64,000 nt of DNA. It comes from Acidobacterium sp. (GTDB lineage: Bacteria; Acidobacteriota; Vicinamibacteria; Vicinamibacterales; UBA2999). The translations under genes were made by a program, and so were the position numbers. How positions within the stretch are numbered: position 1 is the stretch's first letter; every line of letters starts with the position of its first letter. Below the pieces are notes generated by a model. It worked only from the letters and a program-made list of their open reading frames with translations, had not been told where the DNA came from and searched no databases. Location of the stretch: contig NSIL01000005.1 in assembly GCA_002737365.1 (NCBI GenBank), positions 54,399 through 118,398 of the forward strand, given 5' to 3'. This document shows, piece after piece, positions 1 to 10,398 of this stretch.

Positions 1-23
1 CCGAATCTGGCGGCCGCGAACGG

Positions 24-512
24 CTACCAGCACTGGGCCGGGCCCTTGATCGCTCCCGCCAGGACGGCTTTCCGGACGTCATCAATGGTCGCCAAACCTC
101 CCGGCGCCAGGCCTCCCCACTCGAACCGCGTCACAGCCGGCGTCCAGTGAAACAGCGCCACTCGCCAGGTGGGATCGTTGCCACGGCGCTGGTAATAGAC
201 GAGGCAGTGGTCCATCGAGCATCCCGCCGCGACCAAGCGGCGAATGGGCAGGTTGGCAGTGGACATGACTTCGGTCGCCTGGAACCGCGCTCCCGGTTCC
301 GCGATGTCGAGTCGCCCACCGAACAGTGTCTGCAGTTCGTCGCGGACGCCGAGTGGCAGGCCCCTGATGGACGTGACTATCTCGAAGCGGTCATTCTGCA
401 CATGGGCCCGCAACGCTGCGGGCAGTGGGCTGGTGTCCGCCGGCTGACTGCCGGCGGCCATCGCTGACCCGAGGATCATGGCGATCGCGCAGAGCAGGTG
501 TACTGAACGCAT
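24..512 (-). CDS. hypothetical secreted protein
   Basis: 162-aa ORF with a signal-peptide-like N-terminus (MRSVHLLCAIAMILGSAMAAGS) and G/C-rich third positions. A TAACAT box lies 5 nt upstream of the ATG. No family recognised. Confidence 0.55.
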   Translation of the reverse strand: MRSVHLLCAIAMILGSAMAAGSQPADTSPLPAALRAHVQNDRFEIVTSIRGLPLGVRDELQTLFGGRLDIAEPGARFQATEVMSTANLPIRRLVAAGCSMDHCLVYYQRRGNDPTWRVALFHWTPAVTRFEWGGLAPGGLATIDDVRKAVLAGAIKGPAQCW

Positions 513-550
513 CAGGAGATGTTACCGGGTTGGTGTCCGCACGCAAGGAC

Positions 551-2301
551 TTAACGTGCGGCGTTACTTTCCTGCGGCGAAATCTGCAGCACGCGGCCTT
601 GTGGCGTTTCCAGCAGCGGCGTCACCTGCAGTCCGTCGAGTTCAATCGCTCTCGGGAGCCACGACCGTGAGCTGCCCATTGGATACTGCTTGAAGACGTC
701 CACGACGATGACGCGATCGGGCAGCGTGCCGTCGGCGTTCGCCGTGAACAGGTCGCCGGGTCGAAATACCGCAGGAGCCCCCGTGTAGACGCCGACCATC
801 TTGTCGTCGCCCAGCTTGACGAGAAACCGCTCGCGGACAAAGTCGTCCAGCGCCAGCCAGCGATCGATGCGGCCCACCAGCAACAGGCAGGCCAGTTCGT
901 CAGTGCAGGCGATGCGATCGGTCGGCAGCAAGCCGGCTCGCACCTCGTCGATGCCGGCGAGGCGAATCGTCGGTCGCGCCGCTTCGAGCCGGTCGCTGAC
1001 GGATCCGGTAGCGCGCCATTGATCGATGCCGAGACCGATGACGATCAACCCGGCCACAGCACACGCGAAGCGACGGCTGGCAGGTGATACCGGCAGCAGC
1101 AGGTAGCTGACGATGGCATCGAGGTCGATGGCGGTGGCGACCAGCATCAGCGTCACCGGCAGCAGCAGGTAGTTGCTGGTGATGCCAGCGTCGATGGCGC
1201 CGAACCACAGCACCCAGAACAGCCACAGCAGGTGCGCGGCGCGTTCGTGCGGCCGCCATTCACCGCCGGCGCCGGTCAGCCGCGCCACGAGGCCTGCCAG
1301 CACCAGCGTAGCGGCCACTGGGTTGGCCCAGGCAACGTGGCGGAACATGTCGAGCGGATACCTGGCGCCATCCGATAGCACGGTCGCGATCGACGCGGCG
1401 TTCAAGGGGCCGAAGTTGCTGGCGCGGGCCAGCGAGAAGGCGATCACCATCGCCGTACCCGACAGCGCGATCACGGCCGCCAGCGCGGCGCGGGCCGGCG
1501 CGATCAGCCAGGCCACCACCATGGCCGCGAGCAGGATGCCGTACTGTCTCGCCGCCGGCACCTCGAAGAGATTCAGCACTTGCCAGAGGAAGAATCTCCG
1601 CACCATCGTCTCGCCTCGCGCCGGTTCCAACGCCTGCAAGGCGAACAGGGCGGCCTGCGCGACGAGCAGGCCGGCGGCGATGGCGGCGGTAGCGGCGAGC
1701 CATTTGCGGCGTTCCGATCGCGGTCCGAATGCAGCGCACAGCAAGGGAATTCCGACGATGGTGAACTCAAGCTCGTGAAGCCAGCGCCCCACTGTTGCGG
1801 CCGCGACCAGTCCGAGCAGGAGCGGGCGCGTGGCATCTTCGGCGTGCACTTTGGTCAATACGAACAGGCCGAACAGATACGCGGCCAGAAACGGCGCGTA
1901 GAACCGGCCCGTGGTCGCGGTCGCCCAGAACGGCAGCGACATCGTCACCAACGCCGCCGCAAGCAGCGCGGCGCGATCGGTGGCAATGCGGCGAACCATC
2001 GTGAACATCAGGAGAACCGAGGCCAGTGCGCTCAACAGGCTGAGTGCGCGAAAGGCAGGAAGTTCGGAGCCGGACATCGTGCCGGCAATCCAGCTCGCGT
2101 ACGAATAGAGTAGGCCACGGTCGTAGAGCAATTGCGAGGGGAGCAGCGGCAGACCTTCGGCCTGGATGCCGCGGACGGCGAACACGGTGAACTCTTCGTC
2201 CACCGAGTAGCCGGCGCGGTTCAATTGGAAGGTGCCGGCGACCAGGATCAGCGCGGCGAGAGCGAGCAAGGCAACCCGAATGGGTTGCCTTAGAAAGACC
2301 A

Positions 2302-2305
<4 letters not shown>
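551..2305 (-). CDS. polytopic membrane glycosyltransferase, GT-C fold (ArnT/PMT family-39-like)
   Basis: 584 aa with at least 10 hydrophobic helices. Acidic DEE motif in the first extracytoplasmic loop ([13 protein letters not shown]) and a soluble C-terminal domain. GTGA start/stop overlap with fbaB at 2302-2305. Confidence 0.5.
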
Positions 2306-3351
<1,046 letters not shown>

Positions 3352-3357
3352 GCGGTG

Positions 3358-4530
3358 TCACTTTATCACTGGGTAGGTCAGTTCCTCCACGACCGCTTGC
3401 GCCGCCGCGGCCTTGACCATGTCGGCCACCGGCAGTGTGGCTTCCACTTCGTCGATCTGATGGCGGCGGGCGTGCGTCTCGGGATGCCGGGGCGTGAACA
3501 GCGTGCAGGTGTCCTGGTCGGGCACGATCGAGATGCCAAAGGTGCCGAGGCGCTGAGCCTGCACCATGATCTCTTCCTTGTCCATCCCCACCAGGGGCCG
3601 GAAGATCGGCATGCGAACGGCGCTGTCGGCCGCGGCGATGTTGTCGAGCGTCTGCGATGCCACCTGGCCAATCACGTCGCCGGTCACCAACGCTTTGGCG
3701 CGGGCGTCCCGGGCAATCCGCTCGGCGATGCGCAGCATGAAGCGGCGATAGATCACGACCCGCAGGTCGCCCGGCACGCTCAGCGTGAGCTGTCGCTGGA
3801 GCTCACCGAAGGGCACCAGGTGGAACCGCGAGCGCAACTGGTAGCGCGTCAGCACCTCCGCGAGCCGCCGCGCCTTCGCTTGCGAGGTGTGCGACAGGAA
3901 CGGGGCGCTGTGAAAGTGCACCAGCGTGACGTGGCAACCACGCCTCATCAGGCGCCACGCCGCCACCGGCGAATCGATGCCGCCTGACAGCAGCGCCACC
4001 ACGCGACCGGCCGTGCCGGTGGGCAAGCCACCGGGGCCGTGCTCCTTGTCCATGTAAAGGAACGCATTGCCGGGGACAATCTCGACGCTGATCACAAGGT
4101 CAGCGTGATCGAGATCGACCTTCCAGCCGCGGGCGTGCCAAACCTTCGAACCCAGGTCGCGGGCCAGGTCGGGCGAGGGTACGGCGAAATGCTGATCGGC
4201 GCGGCGCACGTAGACGCGGAAACTCGAGACGCTCTCGCGCGGCGGCAGGCGCGAGACCATCGCCTCGGCCATGCCGTCGAAGTCGAGCGGGACGCGGGTC
4301 GCCACCGAGTAGTTGGCAATGCCGAACACCCGCGACATGCGGTCACGAATCTCGTCGGCCGTCGCCTCGCGACCAAGCACGATCTCGATGCGGCTCATCG
4401 GCGTGCGGATTTCCTTCACGCTCAGTCCGGCCAACGCCATGTGCAGATGGCGCACCAGCCGGCCGATGAACCACGGGCGGTTCTTCCCCTTGAGGGCGAC
4501 CTCGGAGTAGTGCGCGAGGATTGAAGTCAT
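3358..4530 (-). CDS. thiI: tRNA 4-thiouridine synthase / sulfur carrier ThiI (no rhodanese domain)
   Basis: 390 aa. N-terminal ferredoxin-like/THUMP region (YSEVALKGKNRPWF) and PP-loop SGGIDSPVAA. ATGA overlap with the hpnE stop at 4527-4530. Confidence 0.85.
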   Translation of the reverse strand: MTSILAHYSEVALKGKNRPWFIGRLVRHLHMALAGLSVKEIRTPMSRIEIVLGREATADEIRDRMSRVFGIANYSVATRVPLDFDGMAEAMVSRLPPRESVSSFRVYVRRADQHFAVPSPDLARDLGSKVWHARGWKVDLDHADLVISVEIVPGNAFLYMDKEHGPGGLPTGTAGRVVALLSGGIDSPVAAWRLMRRGCHVTLVHFHSAPFLSHTSQAKARRLAEVLTRYQLRSRFHLVPFGELQRQLTLSVPGDLRVVIYRRFMLRIAERIARDARAKALVTGDVIGQVASQTLDNIAAADSAVRMPIFRPLVGMDKEEIMVQAQRLGTFGISIVPDQDTCTLFTPRHPETHARRHQIDEVEATLPVADMVKAAAAQAVVEELTYPVIK

Positions 4531-5918
4531 TGATGGTGCGGGGAAGTTCGGGAAGGTGCGGGGAGGCCCTGAACGACAAGCGCCGCCGCACGGTGGCCCG
4601 ACACCGCTGCCGACTCAATGGTGGCCGGCAAGCCGGTGTCGATCCAGTCGCCCGCTAGCAGAAAGCCGGCGATTCCGGTCTCCGCCTGCGGGCGGGCCGG
4701 CGCATCTGGCGCCAAGGAGAACGTCGACCGCTTCTCTCGCACCGCCAGCCCCTTGCGCACGGAAGCGATTCGCGCCGCTGGCAACGCCGCCCGCACATCG
4801 GCCAGCGCCAGCGCGATCAGTTCGTCGTTGCTCATCGCGACAATCGCTTCGGCGCCGCTGGAAATCATCGAGAGGTGGGAGCTGGCGCCGCCGATAATCG
4901 CGCGGCGATCGAAGACCCACTGGAACGCCCTTCCGGGCAAGCCAATCAGCGATTCGTGCATCACCGGCCGGTCGAACCAGAGGTTCACAGTCACGATCGG
5001 CAGGCTGCCGAGGGCGGTCGCATTGGCGATGGTCATGGCCAGCGACTGGGGCGGTGACTCGAAGAGCGCGCCAAGGCCATGCCACGGCACGGTGGAAATT
5101 ACCCACGGTGCCGCGAGGTGCTCGCCGCGCACGCGCACGCCGGTGACGCGGTCGGCGACGACTTCAACCTTGACCGGCGCGTTGACCCGAACTTCGTGTC
5201 CGCGCGCTTCGAGCCAGGCGCGCGCCGGCTCGGCATAAAGCTCGTCGAGCGGGACCGCCGGCATCACGAGCGCAGCCGCGGTCGAATCGGGACCGAACAT
5301 CTGCGCCAGAATGGTGACGAAATACGATGCGGCGGCTTGATCGATCGACTGGTTCAGCGCCGCCAGCGCCAGCGGCTCCCAGAACAGCTCGCACAGGCGT
5401 GGCGCCTGGCCGTGGCGGACGAGCCATTCCCTGACAGACTCCCGGCTGGCAGAACTAAAGTTCTGCCCTCCTGGCACCACTGCCACGCCGGTGCCCGGCC
5501 CTCTTGGCGTCAAGGCGGCACCGACGCGCAGAATTGACATGCGCTCGAACCAACTGAGGGCATCCCATGCCAGCACGCCGCCCAGCAGGTGCAGCGGCGA
5601 CGCCATGGGCGGCAGCTTCAACACCGACTCATGTCCGCGCTCGTCGACCATGGTCAGTGCCAGCCCGGCCTGCCATCGCACTCGATCGCTTGCGCCGATC
5701 CGCGCGAGCAGCTTCAGTGTGTCGTAGTAACAGCCCATCAGGATGTGCTGGCCGTTGTCGACACGCTCGCCGGTTCCGGGATCGGTGAAGGCGGTGGCGC
5801 GGCCGCCAAGTCCAGGTCGTGCTTCAAGCAGCAGCACCTGCGCGCCGGCCTCTGCCAGCGCCGTGGCTGCGCTGAATCCGGCCACGCCGCCGCCGATGAC
5901 GATGACGTCCGGGGTCAC
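4527..5918 (-). CDS. hpnE: hydroxysqualene dehydroxylase (FAD amine-oxidase/phytoene-desaturase fold)
   Basis: Dinucleotide fold VIVIGGGVAGFSAA...LLEARPGLGGR and position directly after hpnC-hpnD. Start set at GTG 5918 (GTGA overlap with the hpnD stop). The ORF track extends to 5969. Confidence 0.75.
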   Translation of the reverse strand: MTPDVIVIGGGVAGFSAATALAEAGAQVLLLEARPGLGGRATAFTDPGTGERVDNGQHILMGCYYDTLKLLARIGASDRVRWQAGLALTMVDERGHESVLKLPPMASPLHLLGGVLAWDALSWFERMSILRVGAALTPRGPGTGVAVVPGGQNFSSASRESVREWLVRHGQAPRLCELFWEPLALAALNQSIDQAAASYFVTILAQMFGPDSTAAALVMPAVPLDELYAEPARAWLEARGHEVRVNAPVKVEVVADRVTGVRVRGEHLAAPWVISTVPWHGLGALFESPPQSLAMTIANATALGSLPIVTVNLWFDRPVMHESLIGLPGRAFQWVFDRRAIIGGASSHLSMISSGAEAIVAMSNDELIALALADVRAALPAARIASVRKGLAVREKRSTFSLAPDAPARPQAETGIAGFLLAGDWIDTGLPATIESAAVSGHRAAALVVQGLPAPSRTSPHHQ

Positions 5919-6757
5919 GTGCGTCGGAACAATCTGGAAGCGAGCGCCGAGCACTGACTGCGCGCCCAAATTGACAAGGCGATCCTGGCGCGAACCGCTT
6001 TCGGTGCGCGGATCACCTCGGTGAAGACATCAAACTGGCGGCGCTCGATGCGGCGGAGGGTCTCGAAATAGATGCCACTCATGATCTCGGCCGCGACCAA
6101 CTGGCGCGCGGCTGCAGCCGGCTTCGACAACGCGGCCGCGGCATAGAAGCGGCGGGCGCGCTGAACCTGATACGCCAGCAGGCGGCGAATCTCCGGCGTC
6201 ACCGTGCCGGCGCGCAAGTCGGCCTCGGTCACGCCGAACTTCGCGAGGTCCTCCTGCGGCAGGTAGACGCGGCCGTTCTTGAGGTCAACGGCGACGTCGC
6301 GAATGATGTTGGTGAGCTGCAGGGCCAGGCCCAGGTTGAACGCGTAGTCCCGGGAACGCGGATCGCGCGCACCGAAGATCTCGACACACATAAGTCCCAC
6401 GGTCGAGGCCACGCGCCGGCAGTACCCGGCCAGCTCGTCGAACGTCTGGTAGCGCGTGCGGTGCAAATCCATTTCGACACCATCAACCAGGTCGTCGAAC
6501 GGCTGCCGCGATAACGAGAAGGCTGCGGCCACCGGCTTCAGTAGCCGTCCCTGCGGAGTAACCGGCTCAGCCGCGCCGAATACCCGGCCAACCTCGTCGC
6601 GCCACTTCACGATCTCGATCGCGGCAGTCTGCTGATCCGACGCCTCATCCACCGCGTCATCGACCGCTCGGCAGAAGTCCCACACCAAGCCAATGGCGTC
6701 GCGCTGCGCAGCCGGCAGGACTAGGAACGAATAGGAGAACGAGGTGTCGCGGGCCAC
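5915..6757 (-). CDS. hpnD: presqualene diphosphate synthase (squalene/phytoene synthase family)
   Basis: 280 aa. SFSYSFLVLP N-terminus and Asp-rich motifs AVDDAVDE and NIIRDVAVD. Overlaps the hpnC 3' end by 37 nt. Confidence 0.8.
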   Translation of the reverse strand: MARDTSFSYSFLVLPAAQRDAIGLVWDFCRAVDDAVDEASDQQTAAIEIVKWRDEVGRVFGAAEPVTPQGRLLKPVAAAFSLSRQPFDDLVDGVEMDLHRTRYQTFDELAGYCRRVASTVGLMCVEIFGARDPRSRDYAFNLGLALQLTNIIRDVAVDLKNGRVYLPQEDLAKFGVTEADLRAGTVTPEIRRLLAYQVQRARRFYAAAALSKPAAAARQLVAAEIMSGIYFETLRRIERRQFDVFTEVIRAPKAVRARIALSIWARSQCSALASRLFRRT

Positions 6758-7596
6758 AGCAGCGTTTTAGAAACTATCACTATTGCGTCGCTGGTGCCGA
6801 GTGCCGGACGCGACGTGAAGACGTCGTAGTCCACTTGCTCGAGGCGATCGAGAATGCGGGAGCCGCCGAGCCAGGTCGCGCGCAGTTCGTAGCGAAGGCG
6901 TCCGCTGACGCCGTCGCAGACCGATCGGCCGTCATCGAACAACCGGCGGGTGCGCTGGCCGCAGGCGCGCATCGCGACCGTCCACTCCGGTGTCATCCGC
7001 CCACGATCGAGTGTGGCGGGGTCGGCGCCGGCAGTCCGCCACACTTCTTCCGGCACGTACAACCGGCCCCGTGGCCAGTCGATGGCCAGGTCCTGCCAGA
7101 AGTTGGTGAGCTGCAGCGCCGTGCAGACTGCGTCGGACGCGCGATCGAGCTCAGCGTCGCGGTAGCCACTGAGGCGAAGTACCAGGCGTCCCACGGGATT
7201 CGCGGATCGCCGGCAGTAGTCAAGGACGGCCTCCCAGGAGGCATACCGGGTCTTCACGACATCCTGCTTGAACGCACTCAACAGGTCCTCGAACAGCCCG
7301 ACCGGTAACTGAAATTGTTCCATGGTGTCGTGAAGCGCCAAGAACGTGGCGTCGACCGGCGCTTGGTGCAGCTTGCCTTGCCACTCGTCCAGTAAGCGCA
7401 GGCGCTCGTCTGGTGCGCGGCCGGGTTCGTCGGCAAAGTCATCCGCGGTTCGCGCAAACGCGTAGATCGCCGCGACATGCCGACGCAGTCGCGCCGGCAT
7501 CAACCGTGACGCGACCGGAAAGTTCTCGTAGTGTGATTCGGCGAGCGCCTGGCAAGCCGCATAGGCCTGCTGCAACTCGCGGGAGCCTGTCACCAC
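6721..7596 (-). CDS. hpnC: hydroxysqualene synthase (squalene/phytoene synthase family)
   Basis: 291 aa. YENFPVASRLMP, Asp-rich ARTADDFADE and NFWQDLAID. First of the hpnCDE triad. Confidence 0.8.
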   Translation of the reverse strand: MVTGSRELQQAYAACQALAESHYENFPVASRLMPARLRRHVAAIYAFARTADDFADEPGRAPDERLRLLDEWQGKLHQAPVDATFLALHDTMEQFQLPVGLFEDLLSAFKQDVVKTRYASWEAVLDYCRRSANPVGRLVLRLSGYRDAELDRASDAVCTALQLTNFWQDLAIDWPRGRLYVPEEVWRTAGADPATLDRGRMTPEWTVAMRACGQRTRRLFDDGRSVCDGVSGRLRYELRATWLGGSRILDRLEQVDYDVFTSRPALGTSDAIVIVSKTLLWPATPRSPIRS

Positions 7597-8129
7597 TGGG
7601 TTTCGGGGACACCAGCGCGATGATTCGCGGCTCGCGCAATAGTAAACAGCAGGTCCGACAGGCGATTCAAATAGACAATCACGACCGGCTCCACTGCCTC
7701 GGTGCCGAGCAGCAATACCGACCGCTCGGCGCGACGGCAGACCGTACGGGCGTAGTGCAGCGCGGCGCCGGCCGGGCAGCCATCCGACAGGATGAAGTGG
7801 CGCAGCGGCGCGATCTCCTGATCCAGCTTGTCGATCCAGCCCTCGAGGCGGGCGATGCTGGCGTCATCGATCACGATCTTCTCGACCCGCTTCGCGATCT
7901 GGTGCGACGGATCCGCCAGCCGCGCGCCCAGCGCGAACAGGTCGCGCTGCAGCGACACGCACATGTCGTCGAGGTCCTGCGGCAGGCCGGCGGCGCGGAC
8001 CATGCCGAGGCAGGCCTGCACTTCGTCGACGTCGCCATAGGCAACCACGCGAGGATGGGTCTTCGAGACGCGGGTGCCGTCGAAGAGGCTAGTGTCGCCA
8101 GCGTCGCCGGTTTTTGTGTAGATGGACAC
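7590..8129 (-). CDS. ATP:cob(I)alamin adenosyltransferase, PduO type
   Basis: 179 aa. The N-terminus IYTKTGDAGDTSLFDGTRVSK is typical of the PduO/MMAB family. GTG start preceded by TATAAT plus 6 nt. Overlaps the hpnC start by 7 nt. Confidence 0.85.
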   Translation of the reverse strand: MSIYTKTGDAGDTSLFDGTRVSKTHPRVVAYGDVDEVQACLGMVRAAGLPQDLDDMCVSLQRDLFALGARLADPSHQIAKRVEKIVIDDASIARLEGWIDKLDQEIAPLRHFILSDGCPAGAALHYARTVCRRAERSVLLLGTEAVEPVVIVYLNRLSDLLFTIARAANHRAGVPETQW

Positions 8130-8135
8130 GGTAGG

Positions 8136-8141
8136 ATTATA
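8136..8141 (-). promoter_or_regulatory. consensus TATAAT -10 box 6 nt upstream of the GTG of the adenosyltransferase-hpn operon
   Basis: Minus-strand reading is CCTATAATCCTACCGTG. No Shine-Dalgarno sequence is possible in 6 nt. Confidence 0.5.
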
Positions 8142-8148
8142 GGCGTCT

Positions 8149-8168
8149 GCCGGGACTGAAGTCCCGGC
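8149..8168. promoter_or_regulatory. 8-bp-stem inverted repeat GCCGGGAC-TGAA-GTCCCGGC in the divergent mutY / hpn-operon control region
   Basis: Covers the expected -35 position of the minus-strand promoter. Candidate operator. Confidence 0.3.
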
Positions 8169-8192
8169 CTTCTGGCACTACTAGCATCACAC

Positions 8193-8885
8193 TTGCCGCC
8201 GAAACCACGCACGCCACCACTACCCACGCCCAACCTGCGGCAACGCTTCCGGCGCAACCTGCTCGCGTGGTACCGCAAGCACGGCCGCGACCTGCCGTGG
8301 CGCAACACCAGCGACCCGTATCACATCCTCGTCTCGGAGATCATGCTCCAGCAGACGCAGGTCGATCGCGTGCTGCCAAAGTACCACGAGTGGCTGGGCA
8401 AATATCCAAGCTTCGCGGTGCTCGCGGAAGCCACGCCGGCCGAAGTGACCAAGACGTGGTATCCGCTTGGTTACAACATCCGGCCGAAGCGGCTGCAGTC
8501 AATCGCTCAGCAGGCGGTCGCGAAGTACGACGGCCAGTTGCCGTCCGATCGCGAGACGCTGTTGTCGTTCAAGGGCATTGGCGAGTACACCGCTGGCGCC
8601 GTTCGCAGCTTTGCCTTCCGCCAGCGCGCCGCCATTCTCGACACCAACGTCGCGCGCGTGCTGTTTCGCATCTTCATCGGCAAGGGCGATCCGAAGAGTC
8701 ACGCCATGAAGAAGCGCCTCTGGGCCCACAGCGAAGCCGTGCTCCCGCACAAGCATGTGTTCGACTTCAACCAGGCGCTGATGGATTTCGGCGCGACGCA
8801 TTGCCGCGCCCGCAAGCCGAAGTGCCCGACTTGCCCGATGAAGGGATTCTGCCGCACGGTCCGGCTAAAGCCGGACGCTACATAG
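8193..8885 (+). CDS. mutY: A/G-specific adenine glycosylase, catalytic domain only (MutY-like HhH-GPD with 4Fe-4S)
   Basis: 230 aa. LLAWYRKHGRDLPWR, catalytic SEIMLQQTQV, GIGEYTAGAV, ILDTNVARV and cluster C-x6-C-x2-C-x5-C (CRARKPKCPTCPMKGFC). Ends right after the cluster, so no C-terminal NUDIX-like domain. TTG start. Confidence 0.7.
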   Translation: MPPKPRTPPLPTPNLRQRFRRNLLAWYRKHGRDLPWRNTSDPYHILVSEIMLQQTQVDRVLPKYHEWLGKYPSFAVLAEATPAEVTKTWYPLGYNIRPKRLQSIAQQAVAKYDGQLPSDRETLLSFKGIGEYTAGAVRSFAFRQRAAILDTNVARVLFRIFIGKGDPKSHAMKKRLWAHSEAVLPHKHVFDFNQALMDFGATHCRARKPKCPTCPMKGFCRTVRLKPDAT

Positions 8886-9266
8886 GATCGCGATAAGCGC
8901 GCGGTCGGCTTCCGGAAACGGCAGGCCGGCCAACTCGTCGCGCCGGATCCAGCGCATCCCCTGCCCCACCATCGGCTTCGGCACACCCTCGAAGTCACAG
9001 CGATAGAAGTGCAATTCGACGGTCTTCTCCGGATACGCGTGCGTCACGGTGTGCACCATCTCGCCGACGGTGGCGACGATGGCGAGCTCTTCGAAGAGCT
9101 CGCGGCGCAGCGCTTCGACGTGCGTTTCACTATCGTGGACCTTGCCGCCGGGAAATTCCCAGTGATCCGCGAGGTGAGTTCCCGCGGCCCGCAGCGTCAC
9201 GAGGAAGGCGTCGGCACGTTCGATGACCGCAGCCACGACAATGGTCGGGCTAAAGCCCGACGCCAC
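8865..9266 (-). CDS. mutT: NUDIX hydrolase, MutT-like (8-oxo-dGTP diphosphatase type)
   Basis: NUDIX box GGKVHDSETHVEALRRELFEELAI. Start set at GTG 9266, 9 nt after the upstream stop. The ORF-track extension to 9407 is Arg/Gly-rich and overlaps the upstream gene. Confidence 0.75.
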   Translation of the reverse strand: MASGFSPTIVVAAVIERADAFLVTLRAAGTHLADHWEFPGGKVHDSETHVEALRRELFEELAIVATVGEMVHTVTHAYPEKTVELHFYRCDFEGVPKPMVGQGMRWIRRDELAGLPFPEADRALIAILCSVRL

Positions 9267-9274
9267 CTTGCCAT

Positions 9275-9529
9275 TCACCTGGGTCCGGACGCACCGACCG
9301 GCACCGGCTGAATCCACGCGACCTGGCTGTTTGATGCCTGCACCTTTGCGCGCAGGTAGCCTTCGTCGCTGTTGACCGTGTGAGTGTGAAGGTTGCCCTT
9401 GTCGCAACGAGGGCTTGCTTGCCCTCCGGAGCCTTGGCGAAGGAGGGGGGCGTGGGCGAAAGCAACAGCCACTACCACTGCTGCCAGGAGCGCTGAACCC
9501 AGCAGGACGAGCCGAGGCCTTGAAATCAT
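9275..9529 (-). CDS. small membrane-anchored/secreted hypothetical protein
   Basis: 84 aa with an N-terminal hydrophobic helix (LVLLGSALLAAVVVAVAFA). ATGA coupling to the ygfZ stop at 9526-9529. Confidence 0.4.
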   Translation of the reverse strand: MISRPRLVLLGSALLAAVVVAVAFAHAPLLRQGSGGQASPRCDKGNLHTHTVNSDEGYLRAKVQASNSQVAWIQPVPVGASGPR

Positions 9530-10383
9530 CGGATGGTCACCTTCGACCGGGCATCATTCCACACGACTGTAACTTCGCTACCCGGGTCCACGAAGTCGCG
9601 ATGGACGTAGCCCAGGCCGACGACCGCGCCCCTGTCGGGCGAGAACGCGGCACTGGTGACACGGCCGATGTCGCGATCGGCGGCGAAGATGCGCGCACCC
9701 ATGACGGACCAACCTGAGGGTTGGTCCCCGCCCGCCGGCTGACCCACCGCCTGCCAGCGCACCAGTTTCTTGGCCACTCGCCCACCACCGCGGTGCGTGA
9801 CCCGGACGATCACTTCCTGCCCGACGTAGCAGCCCTTGGTGAACGAGATGGCGCGATCTTCGATGCCGGCTTCGAGGGGAATCGTCTCGGTATCCATGTC
9901 GGCGAGGAACCGCGGGATGCCGCGTTCGATGCGCACGACTTCGAACGTGTCGAGGTTGATCTCCGGATAGCTGACGCCGTGCGGCTGTCCGGCCTCGACG
10001 ATGACGTCGGTGATGTCGCCGTCGTTGGGGCCGATGGAGCTCCACACGTCGAGCGCGGCGCTGTTATCGATCACCTGCGCGTCTTCGGCGAAGACCAAGC
10101 CGTCGAGCCGATCGCGCAGCGACGCGGCCAAGGGCGACGGCACGTCGAGCAGCAGCCGGTCGGCGCGTGCGGTCACATGCAGGTCGGTGATCATGCGCCC
10201 CTGGGGGGTGAGATAGGCCGCGTAGCGGGTCTCACCGGGGGCCAGGGACGCGACATCGTTGGTCACCAGGCCCTGCAGCCAGGCGGCGCGATCGGCCCCC
10301 GTAATCGACAACACCGCGCGGTCGGTCCGCCTGACCACGCCGCCATCCGTCCGGAGGGCCCGGTAGCCGTCGAGGGAAAACAT
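9526..10383 (-). CDS. ygfZ: folate-binding Fe-S cluster repair/tRNA-modification protein YgfZ (GcvT fold)
   Basis: 285 aa. ITGADRAAWLQGLVTND and the family signature KGCYVGQE (FTKGCYVGQEVIVRV). Confidence 0.7.
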   Translation of the reverse strand: MFSLDGYRALRTDGGVVRRTDRAVLSITGADRAAWLQGLVTNDVASLAPGETRYAAYLTPQGRMITDLHVTARADRLLLDVPSPLAASLRDRLDGLVFAEDAQVIDNSAALDVWSSIGPNDGDITDVIVEAGQPHGVSYPEINLDTFEVVRIERGIPRFLADMDTETIPLEAGIEDRAISFTKGCYVGQEVIVRVTHRGGGRVAKKLVRWQAVGQPAGGDQPSGWSVMGARIFAADRDIGRVTSAAFSPDRGAVVGLGYVHRDFVDPGSEVTVVWNDARSKVTIR

Positions 10384-10398
10384 GTTTTAAGCTGTTGT

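Noticed and set aside
8171-8190. Possible sigma-54 promoter (TGGCAC...GCAT), searched for because an NtrC-type activator is encoded at 33804
   Set aside because: The GG-to-GC spacing is 2 nt too short for the -24/-12 consensus. All other TGGCAC occurrences that I checked (for example 5471, 41054, 43731) lack a correctly spaced TTGC or lie deep inside coding regions.
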